Below are positions 25,736-34,720 of a DNA stretch of 64,000 nt, one piece after another; position 1 is the first letter of the stretch; each line of letters starts with the position of its first letter. The notes beneath the pieces were generated by a model. That model saw only the letters and a program-made list of their open reading frames with translations, was not told the origin of the DNA and made no database searches. The DNA comes from an uncultured Eubacteriales bacterium (GTDB lineage: Bacteria > Bacillota > Clostridia > Christensenellales > CAG-138): the NCBI GenBank assembly GCA_900319345.1, contig ONNZ01000008.1, positions 14,057 through 78,056 of the forward strand. Reading direction: 5' to 3'. A program made the position numbers and the translations under genes.

Positions 25736-25847
25736 GCTGAGCGCTGCCTGTGGCAGATGTAGCGAAGCGGAGCACGGGTAAAACAACGAGAAACCAAACA
25801 AAGTGCAGGTTTCGACTATGTTTTGCCCCTGGTCACAAAGCTTTCAT

Positions 25848-27878
25848 TCATTCCTTATGAAAAACCAACGTCGCCTTGAACAGGTCTCCGTCCACGGTGA
25901 GCTCCAGGGCGCCGTGGTTCAGCTCCGTGAGGCTTTTGGCGATGGACAGGCCCAGGCCGCTGCCTTCGGTGTTCCGGGAGGCGTCACCCCGGACGAAGCG
26001 CTCCATGAGCTCCTCGGCGGAGATGTTGAGGGGCTCCCGGCTCACGTTCCGAAAGGCGATCTTCACTTCCCCGTCCTTCGCCTCCGTGGTGAGGTACACC
26101 CGGGTGCCGGCCAGGGCATACTTGCAGGCGTTGCTGAGGAGGTTGTCGAACACCCGCCACAGCAGCCGTCCGTCGGCCCGGATATGGGGCTCGCCGGGGT
26201 CCAGGGTGGTCACGGGGGTCAGCCCCGCCGCGGCCAGCCGCTCTGCGTACTCCCCCGCTGCCTGGGAAAGGAGCAGGTTCACGTCCACGTCCTCCGGGTG
26301 GGTCTGGATGTTCCCCGTGGACGCCTTGCTGGCCTCCACCAGGTCCTCCGTCAGCTTCTTTAGCCGCTGGCTCTGCCGATCCAGCACGTCCACATACTCC
26401 GGCGCGTGCTCGGAAGCAAGTCCCTCCTTCTTCAGCAGGTCCACGTAGGAGATGATGGACGTGAGGGGCGTCTTCAAATCGTGGCTCACGTTGGTGATCA
26501 GCTCCGTCTTCAGCCGCTCGCTCTTGAGCTGCTTCTCCACCGCCAGCCGGGCCCCCTGGCCGATGCTGTTCAGGCTCTGGGCGTGCTTCCTCTCGTCCGG
26601 GAACAGGAACTTCTCCGGCACCGGGGCCATGTCCCCGGCGGCCATGCGCCGGGCCCCGTCCTGAAGCTTCTTTAACCCGATGGCGAACATCAGGATCACC
26701 GGCGTTAGCACCAGCTTCTCAATGAACCACACCACCAGGCTGGCCTCCGCCCGTTCCGAGAGGCAGGCCACCAGCTCCACGAAACTGATGCCGCCCCAGA
26801 CCAGGGCCGTTTTCCAGACCAGGGGCAGGTTTTTGACCATGTACCACAGCCCCTTCGCCCCGGCCCAGGCCCCGCGGCAGACCCAGTAGAGCAGCGTCCC
26901 CTTCACCAGAGTTTTCGTCTTGCAGCGGACGGCGAAGGTCATACAGAACAGCAGTCCCAGGGCAAGGAGCATGGGCAGGAACAGGCCCAGGACCGTCAAA
27001 GTCCGGTCGGTGAGCGCCCTGCCCCCGAAGCCCACCAAAAGGGCCATGCCCAGCAGCACCAGCTCCAAGGGTATCCTGTCGAACCAGTTCCGGCTCACCT
27101 CCGCCGTCCCCGTCCGATGGCCCGCGGAGACCAAAAGGAAGATGAAAGCCGCGATGGTCAGCGCCAGGCACGCCGCCGTCACGGGGATAACCCAGTTGCG
27201 GCAGACGATGAAGGTGTTTACGAGAGGCAGGAGGATGGAGTACCGGTCCACCACAGGGAAGCTGCCGTCGATGCCGTAGCGGGCGGTGACGGTAAGCTTC
27301 GCTCTGGGCTGATAGCGGGCCTCCAGCATCCAGCCGTTGTCGGTTTCGGTGATGGAGGAGGTGAGGAGCCAGCTCCCCTGTTCGTGGATCCGATCCAACG
27401 CCTGGTATGCTTCCTCCTCCGTGGGATACACCTCTGCAATATGCCGATCGTCCTCTCGGCTAAGATACAATGTCCAGGGCTCCTCCCGATAGGCAAGGCA
27501 GCCCGTGGGGTCCCCGTTGGTAATGAACACATCTTTGTTGCCCGCATCGAAGCGGAAGTTGGTGCGGTCGCTCTGCAGGTGAATGGGCACCGCCAGTTCC
27601 CAGGGCCCATTTGGAAGGGGGTCGATACTGTCGGTCCCCTTATTCATGTTCCATCTCAGCGCTTCGCTGCCCTCCAGCTGTTGCTGCACGGTGGTGATAT
27701 CCCGGCTCATGAGATACCAGCAGGCGTCGTCAAACAGTTCTTTGCCGCCGTCGTTGAAGGCGTTGGTTTGAAACAGGGCCACGACGCCGCCGACGCCCAG
27801 AATGGTCCCCATGGCAAAGATCATAAGCAGCACGCCGGCCACGATCCGGGCGGCCAGGGTAAGATTCCACTTTCTCAT
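25848..27878 (-). CDS. multi-TM sensor histidine kinase
   Basis: H-box SHDLKTPLTSIISY; N and G boxes (NLLSNACKY, GSGLGLSI). TM1 is followed by an extracytoplasmic domain of roughly 180 aa and about 5 more TM helices. Confidence 0.9.
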   Translation of the reverse strand: MRKWNLTLAARIVAGVLLMIFAMGTILGVGGVVALFQTNAFNDGGKELFDDACWYLMSRDITTVQQQLEGSEALRWNMNKGTDSIDPLPNGPWELAVPIHLQSDRTNFRFDAGNKDVFITNGDPTGCLAYREEPWTLYLSREDDRHIAEVYPTEEEAYQALDRIHEQGSWLLTSSITETDNGWMLEARYQPRAKLTVTARYGIDGSFPVVDRYSILLPLVNTFIVCRNWVIPVTAACLALTIAAFIFLLVSAGHRTGTAEVSRNWFDRIPLELVLLGMALLVGFGGRALTDRTLTVLGLFLPMLLALGLLFCMTFAVRCKTKTLVKGTLLYWVCRGAWAGAKGLWYMVKNLPLVWKTALVWGGISFVELVACLSERAEASLVVWFIEKLVLTPVILMFAIGLKKLQDGARRMAAGDMAPVPEKFLFPDERKHAQSLNSIGQGARLAVEKQLKSERLKTELITNVSHDLKTPLTSIISYVDLLKKEGLASEHAPEYVDVLDRQSQRLKKLTEDLVEASKASTGNIQTHPEDVDVNLLLSQAAGEYAERLAAAGLTPVTTLDPGEPHIRADGRLLWRVFDNLLSNACKYALAGTRVYLTTEAKDGEVKIAFRNVSREPLNISAEELMERFVRGDASRNTEGSGLGLSIAKSLTELNHGALELTVDGDLFKATLVFHKE

Positions 27879-28585
27879 TTCGTTTTCCCTCCCATATTCA
27901 GGTTCTCAAAACGGTATCCCTTGCCCCAGATGACTTTGATGTACCGAGGCTCGGAGGGGTCGTATTCCAGCTTCTCCCTGAGATGCCGGATGTGGACCGC
28001 CACCGCGTTTTCCGCCCCGTAGGGGGATTCGCCCCAGACCTGCCGATAGATGTCCTTGGGGGAGAAGACCTGGCCCGGGTGGCTCATGAGGAGCTTCAGG
28101 ATGTCATACTCCCTTGGGGTCAGGCTGACGCCCTCCCCGTCCAGGGTGACGGTCTTGGCGGTATCGTCCAGGGACACGCCGCCGATGGTGATGGAAGAGG
28201 GCCGCTGCTCGCCCCCGCCCAGCTGCATGTACCGCCGAAGCTGGGAACGGACCCGGGCCAGCAGCTCCACAGGATTGAAGGGCTTGGTCACGTAATCGTC
28301 CGCGCCCAGGTTCAGGCCCAGGACCTTGTCCGTGTCCTCGGACTTGGCCGTCAAGAGGATCACGGGCACGTTGCTCTTTTCCCGGATACGGGTCATGGCG
28401 GTGATGCCGTCCATCTCCGGCATCATGATGTCCAGGAGGACGAGATGGACCTCCTCCCGTTCCAAAGCCGCCAAGGCCTCCGCCCCCGTATGGGCAGTGA
28501 CCACCTGGTGCCCCTCCGCCTCCAGATAGATCTTCAGGGCGTTCACGATGTCCCGTTCGTCGTCACAGACCAGGATGCGATACAT
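27875..28585 (-). CDS. OmpR-family response regulator
   Basis: Receiver domain (LVCDDE...LLDIMMPEMDG...KS) plus a winged-helix output domain (LTPREYDILKLL...IKVIWGKGYRF). ATGA overlap with the kinase gene. Confidence 0.93.
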   Translation of the reverse strand: MYRILVCDDERDIVNALKIYLEAEGHQVVTAHTGAEALAALEREEVHLVLLDIMMPEMDGITAMTRIREKSNVPVILLTAKSEDTDKVLGLNLGADDYVTKPFNPVELLARVRSQLRRYMQLGGGEQRPSSITIGGVSLDDTAKTVTLDGEGVSLTPREYDILKLLMSHPGQVFSPKDIYRQVWGESPYGAENAVAVHIRHLREKLEYDPSEPRYIKVIWGKGYRFENLNMGGKTK

Positions 28586-28615
28586 AGCTGTTTCTCCTTC
28601 CCTCTTTCCACGGCC

Positions 28616-28644
28616 ATCATACCGGAATTGAGATTAAGAAACAA
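28616..28644 (-). promoter_or_regulatory. candidate promoter of the two-component operon
   Basis: Minus strand reads TTGTTT, 17-nt spacer, TATGAT. It is flanked by two CTTAATCTC direct repeats (plus-strand gagattaag at 28630-28638 and 28663-28671). Confidence 0.35.
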
Positions 28645-28675
28645 TGGGGGAAAGTTTAAGAAGAGATTAAGATGG

Positions 28676-28840
28676 TTTTTCTTTTACACCTTTTCTCTTT
28701 CTACAAAGAGAAAAGGTGCCCAAAAGAGAAACTTAAAAAGAAAAAAGGCTATGCACGATGACATAGCCTTCTTCTTGAGTTTCTCTTTTTCCGCCGCTTT
28801 TTCTCCTTTGTATAAAGAGAAAAAGCGGCAAGAAAGAAAG
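28676..28840. repeat. AG/CT-rich nested-hairpin repeat family, full copy C (best preserved)
   Basis: Hairpins at 28687-28718 (caccttttctcttt-ctac-aaagagaaaaggtg), 28746-28769 (aggctatg-cacgatga-catagcct) and 28793-28829 (gccgctttttctcctttg-t-ataaagagaaaaagcggc). The right end ...agaaagaaagtTTA abuts the stop codon at 28842. Confidence 0.85.
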
Positions 28841-28841
28841 T

Positions 28842-30128
28842 TTATTCGTCTATCAGCTCGTCCTCGGGTTCGTCCTCGTCCACCCAGGCGGGGTCTTGCT
28901 CGACGAGGAGCCGGAGGACCCGCAGGTTGTTCCGCTTGAGGATGGTGACGGTCAGATCCTCGAAGGTGAAGCTTTCCCTAAGCTTCGGGTACCCCCCCAG
29001 CATCTCCACGGCCCAGCCGCCCACGGTGGCGTTGTCGTCGTCGATCTCCTCCTCGTCCTTGTCGAACTCGGCGAAGAAGTCGTCCAGGCGCATATCCCCG
29101 TCCACCTCGTAGACGTGGGGTTTGATCTCCACGAACTCCTCCTCAATCTCGTCGGACTCGTCCCAGATGTCCCCCACCAGCTGCTCCAGCACGTCCTCCA
29201 TGGTGAGGATGCCCATGGTGCCGCCGTACTCGTCGGTGACCACCGCCATATGCCCCTTCTTCCGGCGCATGGTGTTGAACACATCGTCAAGGGGCATGGT
29301 CTTGTGCACGAAGATGGGCGGCAGGAGGAGCTTTTCGATATCCGCGTCCGGGTCCTTTACCAGGGCCTTGTAGAGGTGGTTGAGGTGGAGGATGCCCACG
29401 ATGTTGTCCAACGTCTCCTGGTACACGGGGATGCGGGTATAGGGGGACGCGAAGGCCACCTTCAGCATCTCCTCCCGGGAGTCGTCGAGGTCGATGGCCA
29501 CCAGGTCCACCCGAGGCGTGATGATCTCGTAGGCCAGCACGTCCCCGAAATCAAGGGCCGATTGCAGCAGGTCCGCCGTGTCCTCGTCCACCACGCCCTC
29601 GTCCTCCACGGTCTCGATGATGGTTTCGAGGTCGTCCTCCGTGACCGCCGGGCCGGAATCCTGCCCCTGCTCCCAGAGCCGGGAGATGAAGTGCAGGAAC
29701 TTCTGGAGGGCCCAGGTCAAGGGCCAGGTGAGCCCCATCCACAGCCGCATGGGCACCGCGGCAATGGCGCTGAACCGCTCGGGCTGGGCGCTGGCGATGA
29801 TCTTCGGGGAGATCTCGCCGAAGGTGATGATGAGCACGGTCATGATGGCGGTGGCCACCCAGGCACCCTTCTCGCCCATGAGCCCCACGGCGATGACCGT
29901 GGCCAGGGACGAGGCGCCGATGTTCACCAGGTTGTTCCCCACCAGGATGGAGATGAGCGCCTTCTCGAACCGCTTCTTTACCCTGAGGGCCAGGGGGTAG
30001 GCCCCGCCCTTGGTCTCGGCGGCGTGTTCGAGCCGCATCTCCTGGGCCGCGGAATAGGCGATCTCGGAGCCGGAAAAGAAGGCGGACAGGACGATGCAGA
30101 CCAGGATCAGCAGCAGGTTCACGATCAT
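28842..30128 (-). CDS. CNNM/HlyC-CorC family transporter (DUF21 + CBS pair + CorC_HlyC)
   Basis: DUF21 TM region (FFSGSEIAY...GEISPK), a CBS pair and a C-terminal CorC_HlyC domain (VDGDMRLDDF...). Confidence 0.88.
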   Translation of the reverse strand: MIVNLLLILVCIVLSAFFSGSEIAYSAAQEMRLEHAAETKGGAYPLALRVKKRFEKALISILVGNNLVNIGASSLATVIAVGLMGEKGAWVATAIMTVLIITFGEISPKIIASAQPERFSAIAAVPMRLWMGLTWPLTWALQKFLHFISRLWEQGQDSGPAVTEDDLETIIETVEDEGVVDEDTADLLQSALDFGDVLAYEIITPRVDLVAIDLDDSREEMLKVAFASPYTRIPVYQETLDNIVGILHLNHLYKALVKDPDADIEKLLLPPIFVHKTMPLDDVFNTMRRKKGHMAVVTDEYGGTMGILTMEDVLEQLVGDIWDESDEIEEEFVEIKPHVYEVDGDMRLDDFFAEFDKDEEEIDDDNATVGGWAVEMLGGYPKLRESFTFEDLTVTILKRNNLRVLRLLVEQDPAWVDEDEPEDELIDE

Positions 30129-31213
30129 AGCTCGTCACCTCCCGCCGGGGCTTTGTCGTCCTCGTCGTAGATCTCGCCCACCAGCTCCTCCAGGATGTCC
30201 TCCACGGTGACGATGCCCAGGGGCTTCCCGTCCGCGTCCCGGACGATGGCGGCGTGGACCCGCTGGCTACTGAGGGTATCCAGCAGCTCGTCGATGGGTA
30301 TGCCGACGGTGACGAAGGTGGGTTTGTCCATGACCCGGCTCAGGGACACGTGGCCCTGGCGCTGGATGTAGGACTTCAGGTATTTTCGGATCTGGAGCAT
30401 GCCCACCACGTTCCCGTCCCGGTCCACCACGGGCAGCCGGGAATGGGGGCTCATCTCGATGAGCCCCACGATGGTCTTGGGCGACATGTCGCTGCGAAGG
30501 ATCGTCACCTGGTCCCAGGGGGTGAACACGTCCCGGACCGGGGTCTCGGTGAACTCCAGGGCGCTCTGGACCAGCTCCGCCGTGTCCTCGTCCACGCCGT
30601 TCTCCTCGTCGGGGATGATGGAGTCGATGATGTCGTGGAGCTCGTCCTCAGTGACGGTGGGGTCCTCCTCCTCGGGCACCCGGGCCACCTTCTTGAGATA
30701 GCGGCTCAGGCCCGTGAACAGGTGGATGAAGGGCTTCAACACCCGCATCAGGAGCAGCAGCGGCGTGGCGCAGAACAGGGCGAACCTCTCCGAGCAGGCC
30801 TTGGCGAAGGACTTGGGGATCATCTCCGCCGCCAGGAACACCAAAAGGGCCGTCACCACCGTGGTGGCCGCCACCGCCCCCTCGCCCCACAGGCGGGTGG
30901 CGGTCAGGGTCGCCAAAGCGGCGCTGCCGATGTGCATGATGTTGTTGCCGATCAATATGGCCGACAGGGCTTCCTCGAAGTGGTCCAGGATATAGAGCAC
31001 CCGCCGGGCCCGCCGATCCCCGTCGTCCGCATAGCTCATCATGCGGATCCGGTTCACGGTGGACAGGGCCGTCTCGCTGCCGGCAAAGAAGGCGCTGCAA
31101 ACCAGCAGCACCAGGAAGAACAGAACAAGGCCCGCAGGACTGCGCCCCGCGGCCTGGGAAACGGACTCGTTCAGCAGCATACGTATGGGAATGCTACTGG
31201 GATCTGCGTCCAC
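30125..31213 (-). CDS. CNNM family transporter paralog (DUF21 + CBS pair, no CorC_HlyC domain)
   Basis: FFAGSETAL...AEMIPK DUF21 region plus a CBS pair. GTG 31213 lies 8 nt after GAGGTGG. ATGA overlap with the downstream paralog. Confidence 0.85.
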   Translation of the reverse strand: MDADPSSIPIRMLLNESVSQAAGRSPAGLVLFFLVLLVCSAFFAGSETALSTVNRIRMMSYADDGDRRARRVLYILDHFEEALSAILIGNNIMHIGSAALATLTATRLWGEGAVAATTVVTALLVFLAAEMIPKSFAKACSERFALFCATPLLLLMRVLKPFIHLFTGLSRYLKKVARVPEEEDPTVTEDELHDIIDSIIPDEENGVDEDTAELVQSALEFTETPVRDVFTPWDQVTILRSDMSPKTIVGLIEMSPHSRLPVVDRDGNVVGMLQIRKYLKSYIQRQGHVSLSRVMDKPTFVTVGIPIDELLDTLSSQRVHAAIVRDADGKPLGIVTVEDILEELVGEIYDEDDKAPAGGDEL

Positions 31214-31250
31214 GAAAAAACCACCTCACAAAACAGTATTACAAGTGCTT

Positions 31251-31279
31251 ATTATACAAGAGGATCGGCCGCCTTGCAA
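31251..31279 (-). promoter_or_regulatory. sigma-A promoter of the CNNM pair
   Basis: Minus strand reads TTGCAA, 17-nt spacer, TATAAT. Confidence 0.6.
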
Positions 31280-31318
31280 GCGGCAGACCCGATTTTTATG
31301 GGCTTTTTGCGAAAAATC

Positions 31319-32437
31319 TCAGCTCCGGGGCGTAAGATCGACCACCACGATCTCGGACCGGCAGCCGGTCTTGAAGCGCAGGGCCCAGTTGCTGATGCCG
31401 GAGGAGACGACGAAGTCCGTGCCCTGCCGCCGTTCATGGCCGTACCGGAGGGCGTTCTCCCCCACCCACTCCCCGATATGACGGACGGGGATGAACTGGC
31501 CCCCGTGGGTGTGGCCGCACAGCACCAGGTCCGCCCCGGCGGCCGCCTCGCCGTCGAAGTCGTAGGGCTGATGGTCCAGGACGACGATATAGTCCGCTTG
31601 ATCCACGCCCCCAAGGAGCGCCGCCGCGCTCAGGCGGCCGGTCCCCCGCTGCTCCTCGGACCGGTCCTTCCGCCCCGCCACGGTGAGCTCCCCCAGGTCC
31701 ACGGCCTCATCCTCCAGGACCGTCACGCCGTTTTTCTGCAGGGCCGCCCGCAGCTCCGCCCCGGTCCAGCCCCTGCCCGTGTCGCTGTAATAGCCCTTGT
31801 CATGGTTGCCGAAGACGAAGTAGACCCCCTTGGGCGCGGTGAGGCTTCCCAGGGCGTCGCAGGCCCCCAGCATGTCCGCCCGGGAGGTGTCGTCGTCCAC
31901 GAAGTCGCCGGTGACGACCACGATATCGGGATGGAGATCGTTGACCCGCTCCATATGCTTTTGGAAGCCGTCGGCGTGGAAGGTGGCCCCGATGTGGGCA
32001 TCGCTGATCTGCACCAGGCGCACCTCCTCGGTGAGCTTGGGCGTCGTGAAGGTGTAGGCGGTGGTCCACACATGGTGGTCGGCCACCCAGCCCCCGGCGA
32101 GCCACAGGACGCATAGGACCATAGCCGCTGCCCCCGCCCAATAGCGCTTCGGCTGCCGTTTGCGGATTTTTGTGATGAGAAAGGAGATGAGGTCGCATAC
32201 CATCCAGAAAGCCACCAGATGGAGGAGGCAGACCACGGCGTTCATCATGTTCAGCGTCGCCCAGAGGAGGGCGGTGAGCGCCCCGAAGAAAGCGAGGCAA
32301 AGCAGCCGTGCCGGGCCCTTTTTGCCGCGGGTCAGCCGCAGCACCGCCGGAAAGCGGACCGCCCGGAAGGAGATATAGAGGAGCCCCGCGGCAAATATAG
32401 CCAGCACGGTCCCGATGATCACCAACCAAATCGCCAT
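31319..32437 (-). CDS. membrane-anchored metallophosphoesterase (calcineurin-like)
   Basis: About four N-terminal TM helices, then the ISDAHIG, VVTGDFVDD, GNHD and GHTHGG motifs. Confidence 0.88.
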   Translation of the reverse strand: MAIWLVIIGTVLAIFAAGLLYISFRAVRFPAVLRLTRGKKGPARLLCLAFFGALTALLWATLNMMNAVVCLLHLVAFWMVCDLISFLITKIRKRQPKRYWAGAAAMVLCVLWLAGGWVADHHVWTTAYTFTTPKLTEEVRLVQISDAHIGATFHADGFQKHMERVNDLHPDIVVVTGDFVDDDTSRADMLGACDALGSLTAPKGVYFVFGNHDKGYYSDTGRGWTGAELRAALQKNGVTVLEDEAVDLGELTVAGRKDRSEEQRGTGRLSAAALLGGVDQADYIVVLDHQPYDFDGEAAAGADLVLCGHTHGGQFIPVRHIGEWVGENALRYGHERRQGTDFVVSSGISNWALRFKTGCRSEIVVVDLTPRS

Positions 32438-32473
32438 TCTTTTCCTTCGATCACCTTTCCGTGCCCGTGGGTT

Positions 32474-33310
32474 TTATGCCTGCCTGTTCTCTAAAGCGGT
32501 GCCGATCCATTGGCCCTGCTCCACCCGGACCTCCCTACCCTCCGCCGTTCTTTCAGCCAGTTCGGGCAACAGTGCCGCCTGGCCCTTCTCAAACAGCAGC
32601 GTGATGGTGGACCCGCAAAGATCGAAATACCCCTTCTCCTGGCCTCGGGCCATGGGCCCTTCGGGCCGGTTCACGATGCCGCCCACCACCAGGGCGCCGA
32701 TCTCCGTCTGAACGACGGGGCCGAAGTGGTCCGTGTCCAGCACGCACCAGCTGCGGCGGTTCAGAGTGAAGATGGGATAGTGCTCTGAGGCGATGGGCTG
32801 GACGCTGTGGAGCTGGCCCTCGATATAATGATTCTGCCCCTGACGGCCGCCGTCGATGTATGAATAATGATGATAATCGTAGGCGCAGAGCCGGAACACC
32901 AGGCACAAGCCGTCCCGGTAGCGCTTCGCCAGGGCATCATCCTGCAGCAGGTCCGCCACCCGGTAGCGGGAGCCCTTGATGGCAAAGCTGCATCCGTCCG
33001 TCACGGGAAAGGCGCTGAGCCAGCCGTCGCATGGGCTGACGAGATGGTCCGGCGCAGGGTCCACCGGCCGGGGCGCCCGTTCCCGCAGGAAGAAGTCCCG
33101 GTAGGTGGGAAAGCTCTGAAGCTCCGCTTTCGTCAATGGGATGCTGTTTTTTCGCGCGAATTTGGCGATATAGGGCCGGGACCAGCGGGAGCGCAGATAC
33201 CACACGGCCAGCCGGTCGAGATGAAGTCTCTGGACGATCTTCAGCAGGCCCCGCCCCAGGGCGGTGCCGTATAGAAAGCGGACGGCGCCGTCGTTCTCAG
33301 GCGTTTGCAT
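32474..33310 (-). CDS. psd: phosphatidylserine decarboxylase proenzyme
   Basis: FDLCGSTITLLF (the G-S-T self-cleavage site) plus the SPCDG motif. Overlaps the pssA end by 14 nt. Confidence 0.85.
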   Translation of the reverse strand: MQTPENDGAVRFLYGTALGRGLLKIVQRLHLDRLAVWYLRSRWSRPYIAKFARKNSIPLTKAELQSFPTYRDFFLRERAPRPVDPAPDHLVSPCDGWLSAFPVTDGCSFAIKGSRYRVADLLQDDALAKRYRDGLCLVFRLCAYDYHHYSYIDGGRQGQNHYIEGQLHSVQPIASEHYPIFTLNRRSWCVLDTDHFGPVVQTEIGALVVGGIVNRPEGPMARGQEKGYFDLCGSTITLLFEKGQAALLPELAERTAEGREVRVEQGQWIGTALENRQA

Positions 33311-33926
33311 CGTTCTTTTTGCGCTCCTTCCGCCGCAGACGGCGGGACCCCCGGAGCTTCGGCTTGCGGCGCACCGACAGGGAGGGCTTGCGGATGGAGA
33401 AGGGGGTCAAAAAGGCCGCCGCCACGATGAGCAGCGTCAGAGGCCCCATGATGTGCAGGGGCCAGTGGCGTAGTCGGCCGATGCCGATGAGCAGGGGGAA
33501 GATGGCCGCGGCGCTGGTCACGGGCAGGCCTAGGTACACCTTTCGGCGGCCCGTGTCGAAGTCCTGGCGGGCCTCCTCGTCCACGTTGAACCAGGCGAGG
33601 CGGATGAGGGCGCAGAGGACGTAGGCCCCGCAGGCCAGGGCCCGTACCCAGGAACCGCCCAGGGAATAGACGATCACCGCCGGCAGCACGCCGAAGCACA
33701 CGAGGTCGCTCAAGGAGTCGATCTGGATGCCGAACCGCTTCTCGCTGCGGGTCCTATCCTTCTTGGTGGAGGCCACCTTCCCGTCGAACACGTCGCAGAC
33801 GCCCGCGCCGACGAGGCACAGGACCGCCGCCGTGAGATGACCGCCGAAGGCGCAGAGGATGCCCGCAAAGCCGGACAGAAAGCCGATATAGGTGAGGATC
33901 ACCGTGTAGTTGTAGATACCGAGCAT
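33297..33926 (-). CDS. pssA: CDP-diacylglycerol--serine O-phosphatidyltransferase
   Basis: CDP-alcohol phosphatidyltransferase motif GAGVCDVFDGKVAS...QIDSLSDLV. Confidence 0.85.
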   Translation of the reverse strand: MLGIYNYTVILTYIGFLSGFAGILCAFGGHLTAAVLCLVGAGVCDVFDGKVASTKKDRTRSEKRFGIQIDSLSDLVCFGVLPAVIVYSLGGSWVRALACGAYVLCALIRLAWFNVDEEARQDFDTGRRKVYLGLPVTSAAAIFPLLIGIGRLRHWPLHIMGPLTLLIVAAAFLTPFSIRKPSLSVRRKPKLRGSRRLRRKERKKNDANA

Positions 33927-33978
33927 ATGGACCTCGATGTTTTGATTCCCTGGATTTTTTCCAAAAATAGCATAACAA

Positions 33979-34003
33979 CCGCGCTCCTGTCAAGGGAGCG
34001 CGG
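33979..34003 (-). terminator. hairpin terminator after the DUF4956 gene
   Basis: Minus strand reads CCGCGCTCC-cttgaca-GGAGCGCGG followed by a T-rich tract (ttgttatgctattttt). Confidence 0.5.
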
Positions 34004-34038
34004 CTGACTTAGGCGCAAATGAACGGTTATGCTCCCCC

Positions 34039-34695
34039 TCAGGAGATCATATCCCCCTGATGGGCGATGAGGGTGGCGTCGTAGACGCCCTCCACCCGCA
34101 TGAACTTATCCACGAAGCCGGTCTCGCTCTGACGGACCCGCAGCTCCACGGTCATCTCGATGCCCTCCCGCTGGACGGTCTTGGACTTGATCCGGCCCTG
34201 GGGGAGCTGGGCCACCATCTGCTTGATCTGCTTGCTGGCGCTCTCGTCGTAGTGGAGGATCAGCAGGTAGGGCATGGTGGAACGGCCCTTGATGACGGAG
34301 ATGAGGATCATGCACAGGCCGATGAACACCGCCGCGATGACGCCGGCGATGAAGTACCCCGCGCCCAGCGCGATGCCCTCGGCGATGGCCCAGAACATGA
34401 ACACCGTGTCGATGGGGTCCTTGATGGCGGTGCGGAAACGGACGATGGACAGAGCGCCCACCATGCCCAGGGACAGCTTCACGTTGTTGGCCATGAACAT
34501 GATGACCGTGGCGGTGACCATGCAGAGCATCACCAAACTCAGGTTGAAGGTCCTGGAGTAGATGACCCCGGCGAAGGTGATCCGGTAGATGAAGAACACG
34601 TAGAGCCCCACCAGGAAGGCTGCCAGCACCGTGAGGATGGTGAGCATGGGCTGATAGTTCTGCAGCTGCAAGATGTACTGAAATACGTTGTCCAT
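34039..34695 (-). CDS. DUF4956 domain membrane protein
   Basis: 4-5 TM helices with the SIVRFRTAIKDPIDTVFMFWAIAEGIALGAG signature, plus a soluble C-terminal domain of roughly 75 aa. Confidence 0.8.
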   Translation of the reverse strand: MDNVFQYILQLQNYQPMLTILTVLAAFLVGLYVFFIYRITFAGVIYSRTFNLSLVMLCMVTATVIMFMANNVKLSLGMVGALSIVRFRTAIKDPIDTVFMFWAIAEGIALGAGYFIAGVIAAVFIGLCMILISVIKGRSTMPYLLILHYDESASKQIKQMVAQLPQGRIKSKTVQREGIEMTVELRVRQSETGFVDKFMRVEGVYDATLIAHQGDMIS

Positions 34696-34720
34696 TGTTT
34701 TCTCCTTTTCCTGCGAATGA

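Noticed and set aside
25528-25797. 89-aa minus-strand ORF spanning repeat copy B, and similar short ORFs across copies C and D
   Set aside because: The translation is Lys/Phe/Ser low-complexity, dictated by the AG/CT tracts. There is no RBS, and the reading frames are not conserved between repeat copies.
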